This document shows positions 20,801 to 29,360 of a stretch of DNA of 64,000 nucleotides, piece after piece (the first letter of the stretch is position 1; every line of letters starts with the position of its first letter). The stretch is from a bacterium (GTDB lineage: Bacteria > Bacillota > Clostridia > Lachnospirales > Lachnospiraceae). The notes below the pieces were generated by a model that was not told where the DNA came from, did not search any database, and saw only the letters and a list, made by a program, of their open reading frames with translations. The DNA lies in contig SFRL01000033.1 of assembly GCA_004562765.1 (NCBI GenBank), positions 5,052 through 69,051 on the forward strand, given 5' to 3'. The position numbers and the translations under genes were made by a program.

Positions 20801-21468
20801 GTGAGCTGGAGCTGGCAAAGAAACAGGTGGAAATGGGAAATGAAACGATTCTCACGATCGCGAAGACTGTGGATGCCAAGGACGAAAATACGAGCCAGCA
20901 CTCCATCCGTGTTTCCGAGTATTCCGTGTTGATCGCTCAGAAGCTGGGATTTGACAAGCAGGCATGCGATGAGCTGCGGCGGACGGCACTCCTTCACGAT
21001 ATCGGAAAGATCGCCATACCGGACCGTGTGTTAAAAAAACCGGAACGGCTGACGAATGAGGAATATGAGATCATGAAATCCCATGTGGTAAAAGGTGCTG
21101 AGATTTTGAAAAACTTCACGCTTCTGGAACATGTGGAGGACGGCACACTCTACCACCATGAGCGCTACGACGGCAGTGGATATGTGCATGGTCTGAAGGG
21201 CGAGGAGATTCCCATCAACGCGCGTATCATCGGTATCGCGGATGCTTTTGACGCGATGACAGCAAACCGTGTATACCGCAAAAAGCTGGATCCGGACTTT
21301 GTGCTCGGTGAACTGAAGAAGGGCAGGGGCACACAGTTTGATCCGAAGCTGACGGATATCATGTTGGATCTGATCATGGACGGAACGATCGATATGAGTC
21401 AGTTGTATGAGTCGTCAGAGGAGAAAAAGGTTGCAGATGCATTGAAGGAGCAGCGGAATGAAGAGTAG
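17872..21468 (+). CDS. Membrane HD-GYP phosphodiesterase: ECF S-component-like N-terminus, beta-propeller repeats, Y_Y_Y domain, TM helix, HD-GYP
   Basis: LPLWMDSFGT...LGPVCGAIVG; repeated G.LWIGT..GL; WLEGFD...SYTNL..GDYTF; HS.RV, LLHDIGK, HHERYDGSGYVHGL, ADAFDAMT..RVYR. Confidence 0.88.
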   Translation: MKKQKKDFLVGIFVIGCILLNLGGKLFAQRFQLPLWMDSFGTALAAYTLGPVCGAIVGVSVNIIYGLLYSYTYMIYGLISIALGVLIGICAKKGYLDYVFGVLSVSFFLTILSVMAGTVLNYIFFDGTIGNVWGDGIREFLCQLGWQPVLGHIVGEFYMEFADKVVTLFVVYVVMKLCRRIKTKREENEERSSVKITVHMLLCLISASVFVCEPVQAASAQAAFDVAEDYGAYIQTVYDSEAGLPGGVANDVAQTKDGVLWIGTYSGLYRYSGSGFRLMDEFDSVKNVNCLYMDESGRMWIGTNDSGLSICINEHISNVVNEEGGLPSDSVRCITQSADGSYYVGTTDSMAIVDISGGLTVTGTLDEIVYADSVAADESGNVAAVSSDGTLFIMRDDRIVNRFTAQEGSYTCCAFDESGVLYAGTSDGKILLFQVTVNGLTGMGEISCGSLYNLNSLNFSENGELFICAVNGIGYVDVQQNCHILNTNGFDRSVEHMIIDYQGNLWFTSSRQGLLRLCKSVFSEVTVDGGTEQTVVNSVVKWKDCLLVGTDNGLLVMDENSRVQLQDPLTDEFKGIRIRCLRVDQKDHLWICTYGKGVCEVAETGEMRAYDSSVGALGDKFRTVIETTDGTILAAGDMGITCVKNGKITWTIGYEDGLKNAKILCLLEQKDGSILAGMDGDGIAVIRDGMVTDTIQKEDGLGSEVILRMVAEKNGKGIFIVTSNSICYMNQSGSIRVLNNFPYYNNYDIVEGEAGEVFVLGSAGIYVVDKEELLSRRNLDYELLNARKGLQNSLTPNAWNYVDEDNNLYLSTDSGVVSMNLDYYDIATRSYRMLLKSVRVDGVNYTVEPGKPIRLARGVGRVDFSPEIVNYSVNNPYVCVWLEGFDEEAKVMLQSELTDISYTNLLAGDYTFHLSVLDNKGKGTIAENTYKVVKEKEIYDHWWFLVYVIAVFALAIIYLTWLLFRTQVRKTMNMQKRELELAKKQVEMGNETILTIAKTVDAKDENTSQHSIRVSEYSVLIAQKLGFDKQACDELRRTALLHDIGKIAIPDRVLKKPERLTNEEYEIMKSHVVKGAEILKNFTLLEHVEDGTLYHHERYDGSGYVHGLKGEEIPINARIIGIADAFDAMTANRVYRKKLDPDFVLGELKKGRGTQFDPKLTDIMLDLIMDGTIDMSQLYESSEEKKVADALKEQRNEE

Positions 21469-22690
21469 ATTACAAGATATTCGAAAGAGCATATGCAGAA
21501 GAGAAAACCTGATCGCGGCTGTCAGTGCGCTGCTGATCATTTTCGTGATCGTCGGTATACGTTTCGCTTTTTTTGCAGAGGAGGCAGAGCAGCGGATCAA
21601 GGTGGGATTTGTCTATGTAGATGATGAGAGCACGGCCTACACCTACAATTTTATTCAGGCACAGAACGCGCTGGAAACAACATACGGTGAACAGGTGGAA
21701 ACGATCGCGAAATATAATGTGCCGGAGGGAAAGGAAACGACAGCATTGCAGGAGCTTGCAGACAGCGGATGCAATCTGATCTTTACGACGAGTTACGGTT
21801 ATGGGGAAGGAACAAAAAAATTCGCCGCAGATCATCCGGAGATCCAGTTCTGTCAGGCAACATGCAATGATGCGAACACGGAGCCGGTACTTGAAAATTA
21901 CCACAATTTCATGGGTGAGATCTATCAGGGACGATATCTGTCCGGTGTGGTGGCAGGGCTGAAGCTGCAGGAACTGATCGAGGAAGACCTGATCACACCG
22001 AAAGATGCAAAGATCGGATATGTCGGTGCCTTTCCGTATGCAGAGGTGATCTCCGGATATACGGCGTTTTTCCTGGGCGTGCGTTCCGTTGTTCCGGAGA
22101 CGGTCATGACCGTCAAATATACAAATTCGTGGAATGACTATGCACTTGAGAAAAAATATGCACAGCAGCTGATCGGTGAGGGATGTGTGATCATCTCCCA
22201 GCATTCGGACACCGCAGGACCGGCGGTAGCCTGTGAACAGACGGATGCTTCACAGAATGTATATCTTGTCGCCTATAATCAGAGTATGGCGGATGTCGCA
22301 CCGACGACGTATCTGACCGGCTGCAAGATCAATTGGGAGCCTTACATTCTGGCTGCCGCGGGAGCTGTTTTAAACGGTAAAAAGATCGAGGAGTGTGTCA
22401 ACGGAACCGTTCACGGTCAGGACGTGAGTGCAGGATTTGAAGAGGGCTGGGTCGAAATGCTGGAACTGAACGGAGTGATCGCAGCGCAGGGAACGATTCA
22501 GAAGATCGATGAGACAATCGAGGGTTTTAAGCAGGGAAATATCCATGTATTTCAGGGTGACTATATCGGTGTGAATCCCTATGATGGGAATGATACCTAT
22601 GATCTGAATCAGGAATATCCGGAAAATGAGAACAGCTCAGCACCGACCTTCGGTTATGTACTGAAAGATGTGATTAAAATAGAGGAGTGA
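21458..22690 (+). CDS. BMP/PnrA-family substrate-binding protein, N-terminally membrane anchored
   Basis: KVGFVY, IFTTSYGY, YQGRYLSG, KIGYVGAFPYAEV, SQHSD; overlaps the HD-GYP stop; no lipobox Cys seen. Confidence 0.88.
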   Translation: MKSRLQDIRKSICRRENLIAAVSALLIIFVIVGIRFAFFAEEAEQRIKVGFVYVDDESTAYTYNFIQAQNALETTYGEQVETIAKYNVPEGKETTALQELADSGCNLIFTTSYGYGEGTKKFAADHPEIQFCQATCNDANTEPVLENYHNFMGEIYQGRYLSGVVAGLKLQELIEEDLITPKDAKIGYVGAFPYAEVISGYTAFFLGVRSVVPETVMTVKYTNSWNDYALEKKYAQQLIGEGCVIISQHSDTAGPAVACEQTDASQNVYLVAYNQSMADVAPTTYLTGCKINWEPYILAAAGAVLNGKKIEECVNGTVHGQDVSAGFEEGWVEMLELNGVIAAQGTIQKIDETIEGFKQGNIHVFQGDYIGVNPYDGNDTYDLNQEYPENENSSAPTFGYVLKDVIKIEE

Positions 22691-22761
22691 TGAATCGGAG
22701 GAAGCATTTTGCTTTCTCCTTTCTTTCGTCAATTGACTGCTACAAGGTACAAGGCTCATGA

Positions 22762-22809
22762 TTGGAAAAACGGACAAAAAGTCGGAAAAATATGTTGGAA
22801 AAACGGACA
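22762..22809 (+). repeat. 15-bp direct repeat upstream of the AAA gene
   Basis: TTGGAAAAACGGACA at 22762 and 22795. Confidence 0.7.
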
Positions 22810-22849
22810 GAACGTGGCATAATATAATTACTAATGTAGGAGGTGTGCC

Positions 22850-24202
22850 ATGTACAGGGAGATTGAACAGCAAATTGAACGATTTTTTGAAAAAAATCCC
22901 AAGCGTGCCCTGATGATCACCGGAGCCAGACAGGTTGGAAAGACTTATATCATCCGGGAATTTGCAAAAAAAAATTTTGAATACGTGATAGAGTTTAATT
23001 TCCTGGAAAATCTTGATGCACGTAATATCTTGCATCAGGCAAGATCCAGTGAGGATATTTTGTTGCGTATTTCGGGACTGACCGATGTTCCGATGGTACC
23101 GGGAAAAACATTGATCTTTTTCGATGAGGTACAGGAATGCAGGGAACTGGTCACTGCCATCAAATTTTTAGTTGAGGAAGGCAGTTACCAATATATCTTA
23201 AGTAGTTCCCTTTTGGGCGTGGAATTAAAAGATATTCGCTCTGTTCCGGTAGGGTATATGCATATCATGGAAATGTATCCGCTGAATTTCTTCGAATTTT
23301 GCAAGGCAAACAAGGTATCTGAACGGGTGAGCAGGCATCTGGCAGATTGTTTTGAGAAGCGGGAAGCCATTGATCCGGTGATACATGAAAAGATGATGGA
23401 GTTATTTCAACTGTATCTGATGATCGGCGGTATGCCGGCAGCAGTCGCTACGTATTTGGAGACGAAGCATTTGGGGGCAGTTGCAGAGATTCAGAAGGGG
23501 ATCGTGAAACTATATATAAAGGATATTGCAAAATATGATCCGGAAGAAAAACTGTATCTCAAGGATATTTTTGAATTGATCCCGAGTGAAATAAACAGCA
23601 AAAACAAGCGGTTTATTTTAAAGAACCTGAATGAAAACTTCAAATTTTCCAGATACCAGAATAGTTTTATATGGTTAAAAGAAGCAGGGGTGGCACTTCC
23701 TGTATATTGTGTACAGGAGCCTGTTGTTCCTTTGCTTTTGTCTAAGTCCACGAATCTGTTTAAATTGTTTTTATCAGATGTTGGTCTTTTAGCATCTATG
23801 TATGCAGATGGATTACAGTTAAAGATTATGAATAATGAAAAAAATATTAATTTTGGTGCGATCTATGAAAATGCGATCGCACAGGAATTAAAGGCGGCAG
23901 GCTTTGACCTATACTATTTTCAGAGCAAGAAACAGGGAGAACTTGATTTTGTGATTGAGTACAGAGGAAAGGTACTGCCTATTGAAGTGAAGTCCGGGAA
24001 AGCGTATGCCAGACATCAGGCATTAAATAATGTTCTGTCTAACGAGAACTATGAAATTGATGAAGCAATCGTGTTTTGTCACGAGAATATCCGGATGGAT
24101 GCAGGCGTGTTTTACTGTCCGGTATATCTTGCGGGTATGTTGAAAAAAGAGGAGGGCGCGAGTGATATGATATATGCACCTGACTTCAGTGTTTTGCAGT
24201 AA
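22850..24202 (+). CDS. AAA_14 ATPase with DUF4143 domain
   Basis: GARQVGKT, FFDEVQ, YPLNFFEF, GGMPAAV, KLFLSDVGLL, ELDFVIE...PIEVKSG. Confidence 0.9.
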   Translation: MYREIEQQIERFFEKNPKRALMITGARQVGKTYIIREFAKKNFEYVIEFNFLENLDARNILHQARSSEDILLRISGLTDVPMVPGKTLIFFDEVQECRELVTAIKFLVEEGSYQYILSSSLLGVELKDIRSVPVGYMHIMEMYPLNFFEFCKANKVSERVSRHLADCFEKREAIDPVIHEKMMELFQLYLMIGGMPAAVATYLETKHLGAVAEIQKGIVKLYIKDIAKYDPEEKLYLKDIFELIPSEINSKNKRFILKNLNENFKFSRYQNSFIWLKEAGVALPVYCVQEPVVPLLLSKSTNLFKLFLSDVGLLASMYADGLQLKIMNNEKNINFGAIYENAIAQELKAAGFDLYYFQSKKQGELDFVIEYRGKVLPIEVKSGKAYARHQALNNVLSNENYEIDEAIVFCHENIRMDAGVFYCPVYLAGMLKKEEGASDMIYAPDFSVLQ

Positions 24203-24276
24203 GGAACAATGATTGGAACCGGCTGGGGAAAGATATTAAAAAACGGTAAAATGGAAATAAAACGGTAAAAAAGCGG

Positions 24277-24305
24277 TTGACAGTGAAATACCTCCTGTGT
24301 ATACT
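24277..24305 (+). promoter_or_regulatory. Sigma-A promoter
   Basis: TTGACA-17 bp-TATACT with an extended -10 TG. Confidence 0.65.
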
Positions 24306-24346
24306 TAGTGTAAGCAATGATCTTTGTATATGTGGGAGGTTTTTCT

Positions 24347-25117
24347 ATGACAATTCAGGAGATGAAAGAGAAAAAGCAGGAAAAGGGTTATACTTACGCG
24401 CAGATCGCGGAATTATCCGGGGTTCCGCTTGGCACAGTGCAAAAGATCTTTTGCGGCGAAACTGTCAGCCCGCGTTACGACACACTGCTGGCATTGGAGG
24501 CATTGTTTACAGAACAGCCGGTAATGAAAGAATCATCTGCATATCAGGTACATGCGCAGGGAAGCTATACGATTGAAGACTATCGTAGTCTTCCGGATGA
24601 CCAGAGAGTCGAACTGATCGACGGGTACTTTTATGAAATGAATTCCCCTACGATCTATCACCAGTTCATTGCAGGGGAAATACATCGCCAGATCGCGGGA
24701 TTTATCATGGAAAAAGGCGGAGAATGTCTGCCCTTTATCGCACCTGTTGATGTGCAGCTGGACTGTGATGAGAGGACGATGGTTCAACCGGATGTCGGGA
24801 TTCTGTGTCAGCGGGATAAGATGAGAAGATGGGGCATTTATGGAGCACCGGATTTTCTGATAGAGGTGATCTCGCCGTCTACCGGGCGCAAGGATTACAC
24901 AAAAAAGCTTGCAAAATATATGAATGCCGGTGTGCGTGAATATTGGATCTTAGATCCGTATCAAAGCAAACTGCTCGTATACTTTTTTGAAAGTGAAGTA
25001 TGCCCTGTGATCTACGGACTGGATCAGCCTGTTCCGGTGAATATTTATAACGGAGAACTGAAGATTGAATTTACGAATCTGACACAGTGGTTTGAAATAG
25101 AAGCGCAGGGCAAGTGA
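24347..25117 (+). CDS. HTH (XRE)-Uma2 family endonuclease fusion
   Basis: YAQIAELSGVPLGTVQKIF HTH; ELIDG, VQPD, GAPDFLIEVISPST, Y..AGVREYWI.DP. Confidence 0.9.
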   Translation: MTIQEMKEKKQEKGYTYAQIAELSGVPLGTVQKIFCGETVSPRYDTLLALEALFTEQPVMKESSAYQVHAQGSYTIEDYRSLPDDQRVELIDGYFYEMNSPTIYHQFIAGEIHRQIAGFIMEKGGECLPFIAPVDVQLDCDERTMVQPDVGILCQRDKMRRWGIYGAPDFLIEVISPSTGRKDYTKKLAKYMNAGVREYWILDPYQSKLLVYFFESEVCPVIYGLDQPVPVNIYNGELKIEFTNLTQWFEIEAQGK

Positions 25118-25138
25118 CAGGGGAAGGATGGCGCATAT

Positions 25139-26185
25139 ATGAACCGATTATTTGAGGAGATAGAAAAATGTGAACCGGGTTCCGTCAGTCTTGTATTGAC
25201 GGCGCTTGACGAAGAACATCTGGGTGAAAAGGCATTGTTCTCTGATGGAACACTCGTCTGGGAAAGTAAAGAGCAGGGATTTTTCTCTGAGAACAGGACA
25301 GTGGCAGCTTCCATTACCGAGAGTGGTGTGACAGAGATTGCCGGAAACAGGGTATTTTGCGATACTCTTGGAAGGGAAAAGCAGATCGTTGTCTGTGGTG
25401 GCGGTCATGTGGCCATACCGGTCATTCAGATCGGTAGGATGATCGGCTGTGAGGTGACCGTGCTGGAAGATCGTCCGACATTTGCGGATCATGCAAGAAA
25501 GGCCGGTGCTTCCCGCGTCATCTGTGAACCCTTTGAAGAAGGGTTTGACCGGGTGGAGGGAAGTGCGGACACGTATTTTGTGATCGTCACCAGAGGGCAC
25601 CGCTACGATCAGATCTGTCTGGAAATGATTGCAAAAAAGGAGCATGCGTATATCGGAATGATCGGGAGCAGGCGCCGGACGGCGTTAGTGAAACAGAATC
25701 TGATCGAGCGCGGAATCAGTAAGCAAGTGCTGGATGCTGTATACACGCCCATCGGACTGGATATCGGCGCTCAGACACCGGAAGAGATCGCTGTGGCGAT
25801 CATGGCTGAGATCATTGAAGTGAAAAACAAGAAGAAACGCACCTACGGCTATTCCAAAGAGATCATCCGGGCAGTTGCCGATCCGGAGAGCGAGCCGGGA
25901 AGCAAGGTACTGGCGACCATTGTGGCAAGAAAAGGATCGGCACCGCAGGGTGTGGGGGCAAAGATGCTGGTACTTCCAGACGGGAGATGTATCGGAACCA
26001 TTGGCGGCGGATGCATGGAAGCGGAGATCCTTCAGAAGGCACTTTTTATGATCAGGACGGATACGCGCAGGGTAGAGCTGTGTCATGTGGATCTGACGGA
26101 AACGGATGCAGAAGAAGAGGGAATGGTATGTGGAGGTACATTGGAGGTGCTGCTGGAAGTGATCACAACTGTGCTATTTGCATAG
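25139..26185 (+). CDS. XdhC/CoxI-family molybdoenzyme accessory protein
   Basis: GGGHVA, IVTRGHRYD, YIGMIGSRR, PIGLDIGAQTPEEIA; C-terminal GSAP...GTIGGGCME...GMVCGG. Confidence 0.9.
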   Translation: MNRLFEEIEKCEPGSVSLVLTALDEEHLGEKALFSDGTLVWESKEQGFFSENRTVAASITESGVTEIAGNRVFCDTLGREKQIVVCGGGHVAIPVIQIGRMIGCEVTVLEDRPTFADHARKAGASRVICEPFEEGFDRVEGSADTYFVIVTRGHRYDQICLEMIAKKEHAYIGMIGSRRRTALVKQNLIERGISKQVLDAVYTPIGLDIGAQTPEEIAVAIMAEIIEVKNKKKRTYGYSKEIIRAVADPESEPGSKVLATIVARKGSAPQGVGAKMLVLPDGRCIGTIGGGCMEAEILQKALFMIRTDTRRVELCHVDLTETDAEEEGMVCGGTLEVLLEVITTVLFA

Positions 26186-26220
26186 ACTGAATATAAATAA
26201 GATCATAGAAAAGAGATCCT

Positions 26221-27990
26221 ATGAACAGTGCAAAAATAGAAAATCTGCTCAATCTGGCTTTGGATGTCAGCGAGCAGGAACGCATGCGCTCACCGGAGCT
26301 GTCTGTAGGCTTTGAACCTGCGGATAATACGTGGGAGGTGATCGTGCGGTATTTCGGGGAACTGCAGTCTTTGCAAAGCCGGTTTCCGGACTGGCAGATC
26401 ACGGAGCTTTTAAATGAGTACGCGATCATCCGGCTGCCGGAATCGCAGATGGATCAACTGGCGGGACACCCGCAGATCGAGTATATTGAAAAACCGAAGC
26501 AGTTATATTTTGAGGCGGCGCAAGGGCGACGTGCGTCCTGCATACTTCCGGTGCAGACCGGGAGAGGAGCGACAGGTAGCAGGACGAACTTAACAGGAGC
26601 CGGTGTATTGGTGGCGGTGATCGACAGTGGGATCGATTACCGCCATCCTGATTTTCGTAATGCGGATGGCACAACGCGCATCGTGGCGTTGTGGGATCAG
26701 ACGGCTGTGCCAAGGGAGAATGAAGCACCGCCAAAGGGCTACTCACAAGGGGTAGAATATACGAGAGCGCAGATCAACGAGGCACTGCAGGCACCGGATC
26801 TGCAGGCGGCGATGCAGATCGTTCCCGAGACAGATACGAGCGGACACGGCACCCATGTGGCGGGTATCGCAGCTGGTAACGGCAGGGCGTCCGGAGGAGT
26901 GAACCGTGGTGTGGCGTATGAGAGTGAATTGATCATTGTGAAGCTTGGTGCGCCGGGCGGCGGTTCTTTTCCACGCACGACAGAGCTGATGACGGCAGTG
27001 GACTACTGTATCCGGAAAGCGCGGGAACTGTTGCAGCCGCTGGCGGTAAACTTGAGCTTTGGGAACAATTACGGTTCACACAGCGGCACATCGTTGTTGG
27101 AAACCTACCTGACGGATATCGCCGGCTACTGGAAGTGCAATATCGTGGCAGGCAGCGGAAATGAGGCGGCGAAACGGGTGCATACCTCCGGTGTGCTGGG
27201 CAGCAGGGAGGAACGGATCGAGCTGGCGGTGGGTGACTATGAGACCGGGCTGAACATTCAGCTGTGGAAGTCTTATTCCGATCAGTTTACGATTGCACTG
27301 ATCCACCCGAATGGGAATCGAAAGGAAGTGATCGCCCCAGTACCGGGAAGCAATCAGTTTCGGATGGAAAACACCACCGTATTGGTTTATTATGGGGAGC
27401 CGAGTCCCTACAGTCAGTTTCAGGAAATATATTTTGAATTTATGCCGGAAGAAAATGGGTATCTTGATTCTGGCATCTGGCAGATTGTTTTGACACCGGA
27501 GCGGATTGTGGACGGCGGTTATAATCTGTGGCTTCCGGCCGGTTCCGTGACCGGAGCTTCCACCGGATTTCTGAATTCCGTGCCGGAGACGACACTGACG
27601 ATTCCATCCACCGCATTTGGCGTGATCACGGTCGGTGCCTATGATTCTTATACGGATGCGCCTGCGGCGTTTTCCGGGCGTGGTTATACCAGAGCGCTAC
27701 GCCAGATCAAACCGGATCTGGTGGCTCCGGGGGTGGATATCATCTCCTGCGCACCGGGCGGAGGCTACGCGTCGCGTACCGGTACTTCCATGGCGACACC
27801 CTTTGTCACCGGCGCTGCGGCGCTGCTCATGCAGTGGGGGATCGTGGCGGGACAGGATCCATATCTCTACGGTGAGAAGGTGAAGGCATATCTGATCCGA
27901 GGCGCGAGGCAATTGCCTGCAATGCGCGATTATCCGAATCCGCAACTCGGCTGGGGAGCACTGTGTGTCAGTGAGAGTTTGCCGGTATAG
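26221..27990 (+). CDS. S8 subtilisin-like protease, CspA/CspB germination-protease type
   Basis: Intact triad VIDSGID, GHGTHVAGIAAG, GTSMATP, with the insert typical of Csp proteins. Confidence 0.88.
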   Translation: MNSAKIENLLNLALDVSEQERMRSPELSVGFEPADNTWEVIVRYFGELQSLQSRFPDWQITELLNEYAIIRLPESQMDQLAGHPQIEYIEKPKQLYFEAAQGRRASCILPVQTGRGATGSRTNLTGAGVLVAVIDSGIDYRHPDFRNADGTTRIVALWDQTAVPRENEAPPKGYSQGVEYTRAQINEALQAPDLQAAMQIVPETDTSGHGTHVAGIAAGNGRASGGVNRGVAYESELIIVKLGAPGGGSFPRTTELMTAVDYCIRKARELLQPLAVNLSFGNNYGSHSGTSLLETYLTDIAGYWKCNIVAGSGNEAAKRVHTSGVLGSREERIELAVGDYETGLNIQLWKSYSDQFTIALIHPNGNRKEVIAPVPGSNQFRMENTTVLVYYGEPSPYSQFQEIYFEFMPEENGYLDSGIWQIVLTPERIVDGGYNLWLPAGSVTGASTGFLNSVPETTLTIPSTAFGVITVGAYDSYTDAPAAFSGRGYTRALRQIKPDLVAPGVDIISCAPGGGYASRTGTSMATPFVTGAAALLMQWGIVAGQDPYLYGEKVKAYLIRGARQLPAMRDYPNPQLGWGALCVSESLPV

Positions 27991-28165
27991 CGACAGATGG
28001 CATTTTTTGGCAATTATGTTCACAATAGTCAGGGAAGATTTTTGGGGCTTGCACAGTCTGTAAATCAGTGCTAAAATGACAACAATAAGATATGCATTGC
28101 AGGTATCATTTTTCTGTAGCTGCATAAACTAATATTAAATAAAGGTAACTATCCGGTAACAGTTA

Positions 28166-28291
28166 CAAAAAGGGAGTAGCCGGCATCCGGTTTCGGATGT
28201 ACATATTCCGTCAGTACGGTCAGAGCATGACCCGGAGTGTGAGTAAATGGCGAGACTTTGCTGTGAACACAGCAGAGGTCTCGCCTTTTTT
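28166..28291 (+). promoter_or_regulatory. yybP-ykoY (Mn2+) riboswitch with overlapping intrinsic terminator
   Basis: AAAAGGGAGTAGC...CGTCAGTACG...GGCGAGACTTTG; terminator GGCGAGACTTTGCTGTG-aa-CACAGCAGAGGTCTCGCC-TTTTTT; precedes a cation transporter. Confidence 0.85.
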
Positions 28292-28347
28292 ATTATAGAA
28301 AGATGAAGTCCTCTGTTGAAAATAAAGATCAAAAGGAGGGCTTTTTT

Positions 28348-29177
28348 ATGTGGAATGTTTTGTTGCTTATTGTAGGTTTTCTGTGCCTGATCAAGGGTGC
28401 AGACTGGTTTGTGGACGGCGCGTCAAAGCTGGCGGGGCGGTTTGGTATCCCGCAGCTTGTGATCGGTCTGACCATCGTTGCGATGGGAACGAGTCTGCCG
28501 GAGGCGGCAGTCAGCATTCAGGGTGCGATCAAAGGAACGGCAGGCATTGCGGTCGGAAATGTGCTGGGCAGCAATATCTTTAACGTGCTGGTCATTCTCG
28601 GTGTGACGGCGCTTCTCGCAGTGCTGCCGCTGCAGCGCTCGACGCTCTTTATAGAGATCCCATACATGCTTTTGATAACGGTCGTGATGCTGGTTCTGGG
28701 CATGTGCGGCATGAACATCAGTCGTGTGGATGGCGCACTTCTCTGGGGGCTTTTTCTCGTATATCTCGGTTACCTCTGGTGGCTCACAAGACGAAACAAG
28801 GAGCAGAGCGAGACAGGAGAGGAACTGTGGTCAGTGACAAAATGCCTGCTGTTTCTGATCATTGGCGGCGCATTCATCGTGTTTGGCAGTGATCTGACGG
28901 TTGATGGAGCCTGCGGTCTGGCTGAAATGGCAGGCATCAGTGAACGAGTGGTAGGACTGACGATCGTGGCATTAACATTTTGTTCGTGATCGGAACGGCT
29001 GCGCTCATCACACCCATTCCGTTCGAGCAGGCGTTTATTGCAGACGCGCTGATCGCATTGGCAGCGGGAATCGTGCTGTGGCTTGGTGTTGTGCGCAAAC
29101 AGCAGCTGCGCCGACCGTGCGGAGTCATCATGCTTGCCGGATATGGCGTATACCTTGGCTATCTACTTATAAAATAA
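28348..29177 (+). pseudogene. Calcium/sodium antiporter (YrbG-like) with the second alpha repeat deleted and a frameshift
   Basis: Repeat 1 GLTIVAMGTSLPE...GNVLGSNIFN is intact; repeat 2 stops at GLTIVAL and resumes out of frame at NILFVIG near 28972. Confidence 0.85.
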
Positions 29178-29360
29178 GGGATATGAATAATTTTTATGCT
29201 GGACTTGCATTTTGCAGGGAAATGTTGTATGATAGCAAAAGTGGTAAAAATGCGAGAAAATAAACCCCGACTGCGACGATGCATGTCACTTCGCAATCGG
29301 GGTTTTTGCAAGTTTTTGAATTAAAAAATTCAAACAAAGGATTTTAGGGAGTTGATAAGT

